DNA from: a candidate division WOR-3 bacterium
GTDB taxonomy: Bacteria > Hydrothermota > Hydrothermia > JBDRYB01
Assembly (NCBI GenBank): GCA_049969615.1
Contig: JBMFOM010000014.1
Span: forward strand, 1-28,171
Direction: 5' to 3'
Length of the DNA: 28,171 nt
The notes beneath the pieces are model-generated. The model saw only the letters and a program-made list of their open reading frames with translations, was not told the origin of the DNA and ran no database searches. Positions 16,613 through 25,697 of this stretch are shown here, piece after piece (the first letter of the stretch is position 1; every line of letters begins with the position of its first letter). A program made the translations under genes and the position numbers.

Positions 16613-18022
16613 ATGAAAAGGCTATTTTTGGGTTCGTGGCTCATCCTGGCCTGTGGGCCCGGCAAAACGGAGGTAGACATGAGCAAGGCCTGGACACTTG
16701 ATCCAAAGCGCTTCGCAATGGATAAGGCCGAAAAGACCCTGGACAACGGCCTCAGGGTTATAGCCGTTAGAAAAACGAAACTACCCATATTTCAGCTTGA
16801 GATGGAGATTGAGGGCGGTTCGGTTCTTGACCCAGCGGGCAAGGAGGGACTGGCATCCCTTGTCGGAGATATGCTTGATGAGGGGGCCGGCGGACTCTCT
16901 TCAGAGCGCATAGCCGAGACGTTTGAGAGCATGGGCGGAAGGTTCTATGTTAATGTGGGCAAAACCTCTACCCGCGCCTCCCTGAAGTGCCTCTCTTCGG
17001 ACGCGGACACCCTGATGGCTGTTATGGCAAAGGTTATCACATCTCCTGATTTCAGAAAGGACAACTTCGCCAAGCTCAAGAAGAGGACAGTATCCTCCAT
17101 ATACTCCGCCAAAAGCGACCCGGACACCGTCTCTGATTGGTGCTTTGACGAGGCAATCTATCAGGGGCATCCCCTGGCTCATCCCGTAATAGGCTACGAT
17201 TCAACCGTCTCAAAGATGACCCTTGATGATGCGAAGGGGTTTTACAAGGACTGGTATTGTCCAGCCAGGGCCACTATAGTGGTGGTCTCTGACATGGAAC
17301 CCACCAGTGCCATTGCCCTTGTGGAAAAACACTTTGGCGCCTGGAAAAACCAAGGGAAACCCCTCCCGGCATTGCCGCCACTGCCACCCATAGAGGGAAA
17401 GAGGGTCAAGGTGGTCAGGATGCCGGAGATAACCCAGTGCTACATAGCCTTGGGCGCCAGGGGAATAAAACGGAACTCCCTCGAATACAATGCCCTTAGA
17501 ACCGCTAATTACATCCTGGGTGGGTCTGGCTTCTCCTCCAAGATAACCAAGAAGATAAGGGTTGAGATGGGATTCGCTTATTCGGTATTCGGTTATTACA
17601 GCCCTGGATTCGCTTTCGGTGACAGCATATATCCGGGTATTTATTATGCTGGCCTGGAGACTAAACTCTCCTCTGGCAACCAGGCAATAGCCGAATTGCT
17701 TTCCCTAATAAAAGAAGCCAGGGACAAGGGTTTTGTCAACGAGGACCTGGAGGCCGCGAAGAAATACTATAGGGGTTCCATAGCGCGTTCATCCGAGACC
17801 TACGACCAGGTCGCTGGCCTCGTCATGTATGGCGCGGAATTCGGCCTGCCGGAGCTCTATTGGATAGAGGATATAATTGCCATATCAAACCTGAGCCTGG
17901 ATCAGGTCAACGCCGCGGCAAAGGCCCATTTTGATCCCGATAACTTCGTGCTGGTCGTGGTCGCGGACACCTCGTTCAGGCTGGAGGGTTATCCGGAAGC
18001 GGAATACCTGGACTGGAAATGA
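16613..18022 (+). CDS. M16B peptidase non-catalytic partner subunit, lipoprotein
   Basis: Lipobox ILAC; LDNGL and GKEGLASL without HXXEH; ILGGSGFSS and R..MGFAY (R/Y motif). Confidence 0.88.
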   Translation: MKRLFLGSWLILACGPGKTEVDMSKAWTLDPKRFAMDKAEKTLDNGLRVIAVRKTKLPIFQLEMEIEGGSVLDPAGKEGLASLVGDMLDEGAGGLSSERIAETFESMGGRFYVNVGKTSTRASLKCLSSDADTLMAVMAKVITSPDFRKDNFAKLKKRTVSSIYSAKSDPDTVSDWCFDEAIYQGHPLAHPVIGYDSTVSKMTLDDAKGFYKDWYCPARATIVVVSDMEPTSAIALVEKHFGAWKNQGKPLPALPPLPPIEGKRVKVVRMPEITQCYIALGARGIKRNSLEYNALRTANYILGGSGFSSKITKKIRVEMGFAYSVFGYYSPGFAFGDSIYPGIYYAGLETKLSSGNQAIAELLSLIKEARDKGFVNEDLEAAKKYYRGSIARSSETYDQVAGLVMYGAEFGLPELYWIEDIIAISNLSLDQVNAAAKAHFDPDNFVLVVVADTSFRLEGYPEAEYLDWK

Positions 18023-18303
18023 AAATAAATTCGCGACGCGAGCGCCTTCAAACCAAGGTCAAGACCGAATCCATCCATTTTCTGGACGAGATAAAGAATG
18101 TGTTTGGTGATATTCAAGAGGAGGCAAACAGGCTACTTGGAGGAGATCATGAGAAGGATATTCTGGATATTATAATGACCCTTGATCCGGAGCCTGTCCG
18201 CAACTTCTACCTGATGGGTTTCCTCAGGCCTGAGTTCAACGCTTCTGCCAAGAAGCTTTACCTGCCTAAATCCCGTCTCGCCCATGAAGAATTTGAGACC
18301 TGA
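18019..18303 (+). CDS. Hypothetical protein
   Basis: 94 aa ORF coupled to the M16 gene by an ATGA overlap; no recognised motif. Confidence 0.6.
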   Translation: MKINSRRERLQTKVKTESIHFLDEIKNVFGDIQEEANRLLGGDHEKDILDIIMTLDPEPVRNFYLMGFLRPEFNASAKKLYLPKSRLAHEEFET

Positions 18304-18643
18304 TACCCTATACAAGCTCGCGCTCGCCGCGCTGGCCGTTTTGCCCGTGCCGATGATGTTTTTCATCTTCAGGGAGAGGCCCTTTGACGAGGGCGTGGGT
18401 TTCCCCTATCTGAGGATAGGCCTGGCCGTGGTCTCCTTCATGATATACATGATGGCAAGATACATGATGGGATTCCTGAGAATGACGAAAATACCCAGGT
18501 TTTTCCCGGGGATCCTCGCTGGAATAACCGTGCTCCTCATCTTGGTCGTGGGCGTTTTCGCGACTGCCTATGGCAAATGGTGGGCAGAATACCTTCCCCA
18601 CGGGGCAATAGGCTTATATGCGACATGGAGGATGAAGCTGTGA
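18284..18643 (+). CDS. Hypothetical membrane protein (3-4 TM)
   Basis: Hydrophobic segments; overlaps the previous ORF by 20 nt. Confidence 0.65.
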   Translation: MKNLRPDTLYKLALAALAVLPVPMMFFIFRERPFDEGVGFPYLRIGLAVVSFMIYMMARYMMGFLRMTKIPRFFPGILAGITVLLILVVGVFATAYGKWWAEYLPHGAIGLYATWRMKL

Positions 18644-18848
18644 GATGTCAGTTAGGAGCAACCTTTGAAGCTGGGCAGATCCTGCATGTAAATTATTTTG
18701 TCCGCGGATTCCGTGCGAGAGAAGATTCGGGGGCGGGTGACCTCGCGGCCAACTCTGTCCCCCTGGCTCTAAAGATTTCAGGTCCTAACGCAGGCCTATA
18801 TTATAGTGTTTTTGCCTCGGATGATCAGGTTCTGAGAGGAGTCCCCGC

Positions 18849-20918
18849 ATGAGCTACCACCCCATCTTCACCGATGACGCGCCACATTCAATGGACACCA
18901 GGCTCATGCTTAGGCTCACCAGGTATCTCAAGCCATACTGGCCACTACTACTTTTGTCCCTCCTGTTCATGGGATTGCTTACAGTGGGCGAACTGCTCCC
19001 GCCGCTTCTGGCCAGGACAGCCATAGACCGTTATATCATGCCATCCTGGGCAATAATTAACCAGGACACCCCCCAGGAACTACTGCGTGGTACACATCCC
19101 ATCCAGCTTCCGGACGGCGGATTCATGATCAACCTTCCGAACCTGCCCCAGGCTCAGAGGCGGGAGATGGAGGCAAGGGGCCTGATAGGCTCAGAGCGAT
19201 ACCTGGTTGTTCCGGAAGAGTTAGTAGAACAGCTGAAGCAGGAAGACCTTCTCGTCACCGGAGAAAAGGTTTTCATAGCCCATTCAAGGCTGATTGGTTA
19301 CGACAAAAGGATAATCTCTGGCGTCAGGGCGAGCCATCTGAGGGGCGTTGGCTGGGTGGGATTGGCTCTTTTTGCGCTCCTGACGCTGAACCTATTGCTC
19401 AACTTTGGCCAGGTCTATACCCTGCAGATGGTCAGCCAGAGGGGAATGGCGGATCTCAGACAGGATATATTCGGGAAATTCCTTAGGAGTCCGATTGAGT
19501 TCTTCTCAAAGAATCCCGTGGGCAGGCTGGTCACCAGGGCCACTAACGACATTGAATCCATAAACGAGTTCTTCGCGTCGGTTCTGGTTTATCTGCTAAA
19601 GGACGCCTTGCTTATAGTGGGCATCCTGATAATCATGATAAGGATGAACATAAAGCTAACCGGCGCGATGCTCGCCATAGTTCCACTCCTAGCTCTTTCC
19701 ACATTTCTCTTCAGGCGATATGCGCGAGAGGCCTACCGGGAGGTCAGAAAATATCTGGCCCAGGTTAATGCTACCCTGCAGGAGTCAATCTCCGGGATAA
19801 CCGTCATCCAGACATTTGTCCAGGAGGCCCGGATGACGGAGAACTTTCGCAAGATAAATTACAGCCTATACAAGGCATTCATGAAACAGCTCTATGTATT
19901 CGGGACATTCAGGCCGCTGATGGACCTCTCCGACGCCATAGCGGTAGCAATCATACTCTGGTATGGTGGCGGGGAGATAATACGGGGCACCCTCTCCTTT
20001 GGAGCGCTCGTCGCGTTCCTTTCGTATATTGAGATGCTCTTCGCACCTATCCGCGATCTATCCGAAAAATATAACATAATGCAATCCGCTTTCGCGGCGG
20101 GTGAACGGATATTCAAGATAATGGATGGACCCGAGGAGCCAAAGGGAGGAGATATGAAGCCCTCCGAGCTCAAAGGGCATGTAAGGTTTGAGAATGTTTG
20201 GTTTGCTTATGAGGACGAGGAGTGGGTGCTACGGGACATCACATTTGAAGCATTGCCCGGACAGACCATCGCCATAGTTGGTCCGACAGGCGCGGGCAAG
20301 ACAACCATAATCAAGTTATTGCTCAGATTCCACGACCCCCAGAAGGGAAGAATACTCCTGGACGGTGTGGACATAAGGGAAATGCCCATTCGGGAACTCA
20401 GGAAGCAGATGGCTCTTGTCCAGCAGGATGTCTTTGTTTTTTCTGGTAGCGTTGAGGGAAACATAAGGCTGAGGTCTGACATACCTTTGGAAAAGGTAAT
20501 TGAGGCCGCGAAAGCCGTTGACGCGGACAGGTTCATAGATCACCTTGAGGGCGGATACAGCGCGCCCCTGGGAGAGCGCGGGGCAACGCTATCCCAGGGA
20601 CAGAGACAACTTCTGGCTTTCGCGAGGGCACTGGCGTTTGATCCGCGAATACTATTGCTGGATGAGGCTACCGCGAACATAGATCAGGAGACCGAGGACA
20701 TAATCCAGCGCTCCCTGGCAAAGCTCCTTTCTGGGAGGACCGCTTTCGTGGTCGCGCACAGGCTTTCCACGGTTCGCGAGGCAGACAAGATACTGGTCAT
20801 CCAGAAAGGCAATCTTGTTGAGGAAGGGGACCATCACGAGCTAATCCAGAAGAAGGGATTTTATTATTACCTCTACAGCCTGCAGTTTGAGAAGAACGCG
20901 GTCAAGGAGGGGTCGTGA
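18849..20918 (+). CDS. ABC exporter, fused permease/ATPase (MdlB/TM288-like)
   Basis: TM domain, Walker A GPTGAGKT, signature LSQGQRQ, Walker B LLLDEAT, H-loop AHRLST; GAGGAG RBS. Confidence 0.94.
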   Translation: MSYHPIFTDDAPHSMDTRLMLRLTRYLKPYWPLLLLSLLFMGLLTVGELLPPLLARTAIDRYIMPSWAIINQDTPQELLRGTHPIQLPDGGFMINLPNLPQAQRREMEARGLIGSERYLVVPEELVEQLKQEDLLVTGEKVFIAHSRLIGYDKRIISGVRASHLRGVGWVGLALFALLTLNLLLNFGQVYTLQMVSQRGMADLRQDIFGKFLRSPIEFFSKNPVGRLVTRATNDIESINEFFASVLVYLLKDALLIVGILIIMIRMNIKLTGAMLAIVPLLALSTFLFRRYAREAYREVRKYLAQVNATLQESISGITVIQTFVQEARMTENFRKINYSLYKAFMKQLYVFGTFRPLMDLSDAIAVAIILWYGGGEIIRGTLSFGALVAFLSYIEMLFAPIRDLSEKYNIMQSAFAAGERIFKIMDGPEEPKGGDMKPSELKGHVRFENVWFAYEDEEWVLRDITFEALPGQTIAIVGPTGAGKTTIIKLLLRFHDPQKGRILLDGVDIREMPIRELRKQMALVQQDVFVFSGSVEGNIRLRSDIPLEKVIEAAKAVDADRFIDHLEGGYSAPLGERGATLSQGQRQLLAFARALAFDPRILLLDEATANIDQETEDIIQRSLAKLLSGRTAFVVAHRLSTVREADKILVIQKGNLVEEGDHHELIQKKGFYYYLYSLQFEKNAVKEGS

Positions 20919-20951
20919 GTCTCATTCCCAGGATTACCTGACAATGAACGC

Positions 20952-21009
20952 GAAACCCCTGAAAAATCACGGTTTGTCAGCCTCATTATAGCCAGAAGAG
21001 AACCATGAT
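20952..21009 (+). repeat. Dispersed repeat fragment D (left arm and core)
   Basis: 52/58 identical by hand count to the reverse complement of 28008-28065. Confidence 0.88.
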
Positions 21010-21077
21010 CCTCCTGAGTATATCTCTGGCACCTTGCCCTATTTCGGTTCTCATGACGAGGGATTTGTTTTCTCCGA

Positions 21078-21120
21078 GCTCAAATCTGAGGGTCCGCGGT
21101 TCAAGTCCTGTTCCTCCCAC
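21078..21120 (+). other. tRNA 3'-half-like remnant
   Basis: ...AATCTGAGGGTCCGCGGTTCAAGTCCTGTTCCTCCCAC has a GGTTCAAGTCC T-arm motif and a tRNA-like variable region and 3' end; no D arm or 5' acceptor strand found. Confidence 0.45.
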
Positions 21121-21210
21121 TTGATTTTATGCGAGTTTCCGAGATTTTACCCACTAACTGATAATCGCGAAAAACGCCTTCTTAGAATTGAGGGGCGTCA
21201 AAAAATCGTA

Positions 21211-21240
21211 TTGTGAGACACGCTCAAACTGGGTTATAAT
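21211..21240 (+). promoter_or_regulatory. Putative promoter of the CaCA antiporter
   Basis: TTGTGA, 18 bp spacer, TATAAT; near-duplicate of 6308-6337. Confidence 0.6.
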
Positions 21241-21268
21241 TTGCGTCCTGATCAATAGAGGTAATAAA

Positions 21269-22462
21269 TTGTTCCTGAGCATCCTGCCCCTCTTGGTGGC
21301 CGCTCTGGTGGCTGTCCCCGCGCTGGCCCTGCGATTCACCCACCTGCACCCTGAGCCCTGGCTGGGTGCCTTGATTTTTGGCGGCGGAATAGTTGCCGCG
21401 GCCTACATGCTCTCGGTCGCGTGCGAGGTCGCGCAAAAGGATATGTCAAGGACTCTCGCGATTGCTCTCCTTGCTATACTCGCTGTCCTTCCGGAATACG
21501 CGGTTGATTTCTACTTCGCGTGGATGGCTCCGCATGTCCCTGTCTATACTCACTACGCGACAGCGAACATGACCGGCGCGAACAGGCTTCTGATTGGCTT
21601 TGGATGGGCATTCCTGGTGTTTTTATACTGGCTAAAGACCAAGAAAAAGGGGATAACCCTGGAGAAGAGCTACGGCATAGAGCTCTCCTTCCTTGCCATA
21701 GCCACCATCTATTCCTTCATCATACCCCTCAAGGGCAGGCTTGACCTCCTGGACACCATGGTCCTGGTTTTCCTCTTCGGCCTATACATGTTCCAAGCCG
21801 CCAGGGAGCATAAGGTTGAGCCAGAGCTGGAGGGGTGTGCGAAGGCTATCGGCTGTCTCGTGCCAGCGATAAGGAGACCCATAGTTGTTTTCCTTTTCCT
21901 GTATGCTGGTCTGATCATACTCGCGGCCACCGAGCCTTTCGCGGAGAGCCTCCTCGCGCTGGGCAAGGGTCTGGGAATTGATGAGTTCATCCTGGTGCAG
22001 TGGCTCGCGCCCCTCGCGTCCGAGTCCCCGGAGATAATCGTCGCGACCATATTTGCCTTGAAAATGCATCCTGGCGAGGGGTTTGGCGCTTTGGTCTCGT
22101 CAAAGGTCAACCAGTGGACATTGCTCATAGGCACCCTTCCCGTTGTCTATTCGGTATCCGCAGGCAGGCCCGGCGCTCTTCATATGGACGGGCGTCAGGT
22201 TGAGGAGGTTGCCCTGACCGCGGCCCAAAGCCTCTTCGCTGTGGCTATACTCTCGGATTTCCATTTCAATATCTGGGAAGGCATCGTGCTTTTTGTCCTC
22301 TTTGCTATACAGCTCTTTATCCCCGTTCCAGCTGTCCGGTGGGGTTTCACCGCGGGCTATATAGTCCTCGCAATACTGGTTGTGCTGATAAGCAAAGACA
22401 AGCGCAGGGGGCTTGGTTCCCTGATAGCGAGCCCAGTCAGGAGGATGAGGGAGAGAAAATAA
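21269..22462 (+). CDS. Sodium/calcium (cation/H+) exchanger, CaCA family; start uncertain
   Basis: Alpha-repeat motifs AVLPEYAVD...ANMTGANRLL and APLASESPE...LVSSKVNQW; about 11-12 TM; GAGGT upstream of TTG 21269. Confidence 0.87.
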   Translation: MFLSILPLLVAALVAVPALALRFTHLHPEPWLGALIFGGGIVAAAYMLSVACEVAQKDMSRTLAIALLAILAVLPEYAVDFYFAWMAPHVPVYTHYATANMTGANRLLIGFGWAFLVFLYWLKTKKKGITLEKSYGIELSFLAIATIYSFIIPLKGRLDLLDTMVLVFLFGLYMFQAAREHKVEPELEGCAKAIGCLVPAIRRPIVVFLFLYAGLIILAATEPFAESLLALGKGLGIDEFILVQWLAPLASESPEIIVATIFALKMHPGEGFGALVSSKVNQWTLLIGTLPVVYSVSAGRPGALHMDGRQVEEVALTAAQSLFAVAILSDFHFNIWEGIVLFVLFAIQLFIPVPAVRWGFTAGYIVLAILVVLISKDKRRGLGSLIASPVRRMRERK

Positions 22463-22493
22463 CCTCTCGTTTTCTGGTTGAACCGATCGTCTA

Positions 22494-23699
22494 TTAAGCC
22501 GCCAGGTCGCCTTCCCCGTCCATTCCCGTGATCATGGCCTCCTGAAACTCCCCCGCGGCCAGGTTCTTCGGCACACTTACCGAGAAATCCACCTCCGGCG
22601 CGTCAAATCCCGTTCTGGCGAGGCCGGGTTCATCCACCAGGAGCCTCATGCTCTTGCCGACGAGCCCTTTTTGAACCCTGATGTGCAATGAGCGTGCCGC
22701 GTCCAGTGCCTCCGCGTATCTCCCTAAAATTGTCTCCTTGTCCAGCTGTTTCATAGCCCAGGCACGCGACCCCTGTTCCCTGCAAAAGGGGAAAACCGCG
22801 ACCCGTTGAAATAGGCCTGAATTTATGCCATCAAGCAGGGTCCGGAAATCCTCGTCTGTCTCGCCCGGAAAGCCAACCATGAGCTCTGTCCTGACGAAGG
22901 CCCTGGGAAGGTATCTCTCAACCAGGGACAGCGCTCTTTTTACTGCTCTCTCGCCGCCTGCCCTTGCCATGGCCCTGAGAACCCTGTGGGAGAGGTGCTG
23001 GACCGGCATGTGAATGTAGGGAACCAGGTGATCCAGCGACGCGAGGGTCCCGGCGAGTTTCCCTGTCATACCGCCGGGGTGAACATACATGAGCCTGAGC
23101 CAGAAATCCCCCCCAAGCCTATCAATAGCCGTGAGGAGGTCCTCAAGGCGTTCGCCAGTGTCCCAGCCGAACTGCGTCGTATCCTGTGCGACCAGGATAA
23201 TCTCCTTCTTGCCCAGCTCAAGCATGGCGCGGGCCTCGTCTAGAATGGAACCGATTCCCCTTGAACGCAAGCGGCCCCTTATCCAGGGTATAACGCAAAA
23301 ACTGCACCTTCGGGAACACCCCTCGGCTATTTTCAAATAAGCGTAGGGATACTCGTCCAGAAACCTGGTTCCCTGATCCGGGTTCCAGAACATCATCCTG
23401 GCAAGCATGAGAATTTCCTCGGTTCCAGGGGGCGTTTCGCCATATGTTTTCTGAAACCTCCGCCTCCTGGCTGGCAGGCAACCGATTACGGCGAGAGGAG
23501 CCTTTTTTGAAAGAGCCTCAATGTGTTCCTGTGCCTCTTTCTCTGCCTCGGAGATGAAAGCGCAGGTGTTCAGGACAATGAGATCTGCCTCATCAGGGCT
23601 GAAGACAAGGTCGTGCCCCTGAGCATACAGGGTCCCGGCCAGACGCTCGGAATCCACGATGTTTTTCGGGCAACCAAGGGTGAAAATGAATATTCTCAA
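22494..23699 (-). CDS. rimO: Ribosomal protein S12 methylthiotransferase (radical SAM, MiaB/RimO family)
   Basis: LGCPKN.VDSE, NTCAFI, AYLKIAEGCSRRCSFC, AQDTT.FG, WLRLMY.HP, VGFPGET, DAPEVD. Confidence 0.88.
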   Translation of the reverse strand: MRIFIFTLGCPKNIVDSERLAGTLYAQGHDLVFSPDEADLIVLNTCAFISEAEKEAQEHIEALSKKAPLAVIGCLPARRRRFQKTYGETPPGTEEILMLARMMFWNPDQGTRFLDEYPYAYLKIAEGCSRRCSFCVIPWIRGRLRSRGIGSILDEARAMLELGKKEIILVAQDTTQFGWDTGERLEDLLTAIDRLGGDFWLRLMYVHPGGMTGKLAGTLASLDHLVPYIHMPVQHLSHRVLRAMARAGGERAVKRALSLVERYLPRAFVRTELMVGFPGETDEDFRTLLDGINSGLFQRVAVFPFCREQGSRAWAMKQLDKETILGRYAEALDAARSLHIRVQKGLVGKSMRLLVDEPGLARTGFDAPEVDFSVSVPKNLAAGEFQEAMITGMDGEGDLAA

Positions 23700-24433
23700 A
23701 ACCCACTGAACAGCCTTTCCGCGAGAAAGAGCGGAAGCCCTGTCTCGGATATACTCTTCGCGACAGTCCTTATATCGTATTCAACCCTGCGGCGTGAGAA
23801 CACCTTCTTTTCAGTGTCAAGGAGGGCATAAGCCGCCCTGGAGTCTCCATCGCGAGGTTGGCCGACCGAGCCGGGGTTCAGGATATACCTGATTCCCTCA
23901 GTAAGATCAATATCACCGGCGCCCATGACCTGAGAGGTTATGTTTTTCTTTCTGGTGAAGCACAGTGGAAGGTGGCTGTGGCCGGTTATAATCACTTGAC
24001 TCTCAACCGAGGAAAACGCGCGCTCAGCGTCCTCATGAGTGAAGATATAATGCCATCGGTTTGGCTCGTATGGTGATGCATGGGAGAGCAAGAGGCCGAG
24101 TTCTTCAGCTTCCCAATATATTGGGAGCTTTCGGAGAAAATCAACCTCTGTTTCACTCACCTTCCCGCGTGTCCACTCAAGTGCGACCCGGGCCATCGGG
24201 TTCAGCTCATTAAGGGTATCAGGATCAAAGAGCGCGGTGTCGTGGTTTCCCCTGAGCATGAGGCGCGCCTTGCTCCGTATGAGCGATAGGGTCTCAGATG
24301 GCTGTGGACCATAACCCACCGCATCCCCGAGAAACCATATTTCATCTGGTTTCACGAACTCCTCAATGTCCGACAAAACTGCCCTGGTAGCCTCAAGGTT
24401 TCCGTGGGCATCTGATATTATGGCTATTCTCAT
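23696..24433 (-). CDS. Calcineurin-like metallophosphoesterase
   Basis: ISDAHGN, LGDAVGYGP, RGNHD, GHSH, NPGSVGQPRDGD. Confidence 0.92.
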   Translation of the reverse strand: MRIAIISDAHGNLEATRAVLSDIEEFVKPDEIWFLGDAVGYGPQPSETLSLIRSKARLMLRGNHDTALFDPDTLNELNPMARVALEWTRGKVSETEVDFLRKLPIYWEAEELGLLLSHASPYEPNRWHYIFTHEDAERAFSSVESQVIITGHSHLPLCFTRKKNITSQVMGAGDIDLTEGIRYILNPGSVGQPRDGDSRAAYALLDTEKKVFSRRRVEYDIRTVAKSISETGLPLFLAERLFSGF

Positions 24434-24861
24434 TTCGGTGTCTCGGAAGTCATGGCTCTGAGAATGCCGTCAAGAACCCCGTTCACGAATCCGGGCGACC
24501 TCTCTGTTGAGAGAACCTTAGCTATCTCTATGGCCTCGGTAATAACTACCCTGGGGGGCGTCTCGCCGGTCATGAGCTCAGCGGCCGCGGCCTCTATTAT
24601 TGCCCTATCAATGAAGAGCATCCTGTCTGGCTTCCAGTTCGGGCTGGCTTTCTGAAGCAATCCGACTATGGTTTCGCATCTCGCCCTGTGTGTGTTCACG
24701 ATCTTCTCAAGCAGGTCCCTTTCGCCCTGGTCAAGGTCCTCACGGGCCATTATATCTCTGAGGGACTCCTCGGAAGACTCACCGAGAAGGTAAAACCTGT
24801 AGATGACCTCCACCGCAAGCGCCCTAGCTAATCTCCTCTTGGTGAATGGATACGTTCCCAT
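24430..24861 (-). CDS. nusB: Transcription antitermination factor NusB
   Basis: RRLARALAV arginine-rich start, NW..DRM..IDRAI, VITEAIEIAK, FVNGVLD. Confidence 0.9.
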   Translation of the reverse strand: MGTYPFTKRRLARALAVEVIYRFYLLGESSEESLRDIMAREDLDQGERDLLEKIVNTHRARCETIVGLLQKASPNWKPDRMLFIDRAIIEAAAAELMTGETPPRVVITEAIEIAKVLSTERSPGFVNGVLDGILRAMTSETPK

Positions 24862-24950
24862 TAGACGGGTTGTTTGCTGGCTGTGGATTGCTGTCCGATA
24901 AACTGGTGAAACCTGAGCGTGCGATTGATTATGGGAAAGTGGGGTTTCAT
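24861..24950 (-). CDS. Putative 29-aa small ORF coupled to nusB
   Basis: ATG 24950 to TAA 24863-24861 gives MKPHFPIINRTLRFHQFIGQQSTASKQPV; the TAA overlaps the nusB ATG (TAATG). Confidence 0.35.
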   Translation of the reverse strand: MKPHFPIINRTLRFHQFIGQQSTASKQPV

Positions 24951-24959
24951 AAATGCCAA

Positions 24960-25619
24960 TTACGAGAGCTCGTTGAGGAGCTCCTCTATCCTTCTCATCG
25001 CGTTCATCAGGGTCTGCCTGGCTTCCTCGCGCGCCTTTGCCCTGATCTGATCAGCGACATTCTTTGCCAGGCTTATTGTCTCCGCGGGGCCAGCGGCTAC
25101 AGACCTCGTTTCTTCAAGTTGGGCCTTCAGATTCCTTATCTCTGCTTTGAGGGCCTCTATCTCGGCCGGATCACCGCCTATGGGAGTCATCTCAAGTTGG
25201 GCACGCAAGGACTCGCACTCCTGACGGAGTATCTCATTTTCCTGGCGCAGGGCTTTTGTCTCTGGATTGTTGATCCCGCCAGCCCTGAGAACCTCCAGCT
25301 CCTTCTTGTAGGTCTCTATCTCGCTAGTCAAAAGGAACATCTGTTCGTCCATCTTGTCCCTTTCGGCCTTAAGCTCATCAACTATTGCGAGCTGGGCGCG
25401 GAGTTCTCCCATCTGTTCCTCAAGGGTTCTTTTGTCCCTAAGCACCTCCTCCATGCTCTTAGCAACCCTCTCAAGGAAAGCCTGGACCTCTGACTTTTTG
25501 AAACCTCCGAATCCCGAGCCAAAGGTAGCCCTCCTTATGTCAACCGGGGTTAGCTTTGAAGGGGCCGCCGGAGCCGCGGTTGCCTCGGGTTTTTTCTCCT
25601 TCTTTTCCTTTTTAGCCAT
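24960..25619 (-). CDS. DivIVA-domain coiled-coil protein
   Basis: LTPVDIRRATFGSGFGGFKKSEVQAFLERV, long coiled coil, C-terminal A...A..IR..AREEA; GAGGAGG RBS. Confidence 0.85.
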   Translation of the reverse strand: MAKKEKKEKKPEATAAPAAPSKLTPVDIRRATFGSGFGGFKKSEVQAFLERVAKSMEEVLRDKRTLEEQMGELRAQLAIVDELKAERDKMDEQMFLLTSEIETYKKELEVLRAGGINNPETKALRQENEILRQECESLRAQLEMTPIGGDPAEIEALKAEIRNLKAQLEETRSVAAGPAETISLAKNVADQIRAKAREEARQTLMNAMRRIEELLNELS

Positions 25620-25697
25620 TATTTCCTCCTCAACGATCGGCCAAAATTATAAACCAATCTAGGTTCCCGGGGAAAGGATCACGAGTTCTCCCAATAC

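Noticed and set aside
18577-18852. 91-aa ORF and a partial cassette GATCCTGCATG at about 18678
   Set aside because: The ORF overlaps a better gene and lacks motifs; the partial cassette has no -10 box at 17 bp and is too short to call.
24846-25493. 215-aa plus-strand ORF
   Set aside because: Antisense shadow of the coiled-coil DivIVA-domain gene.
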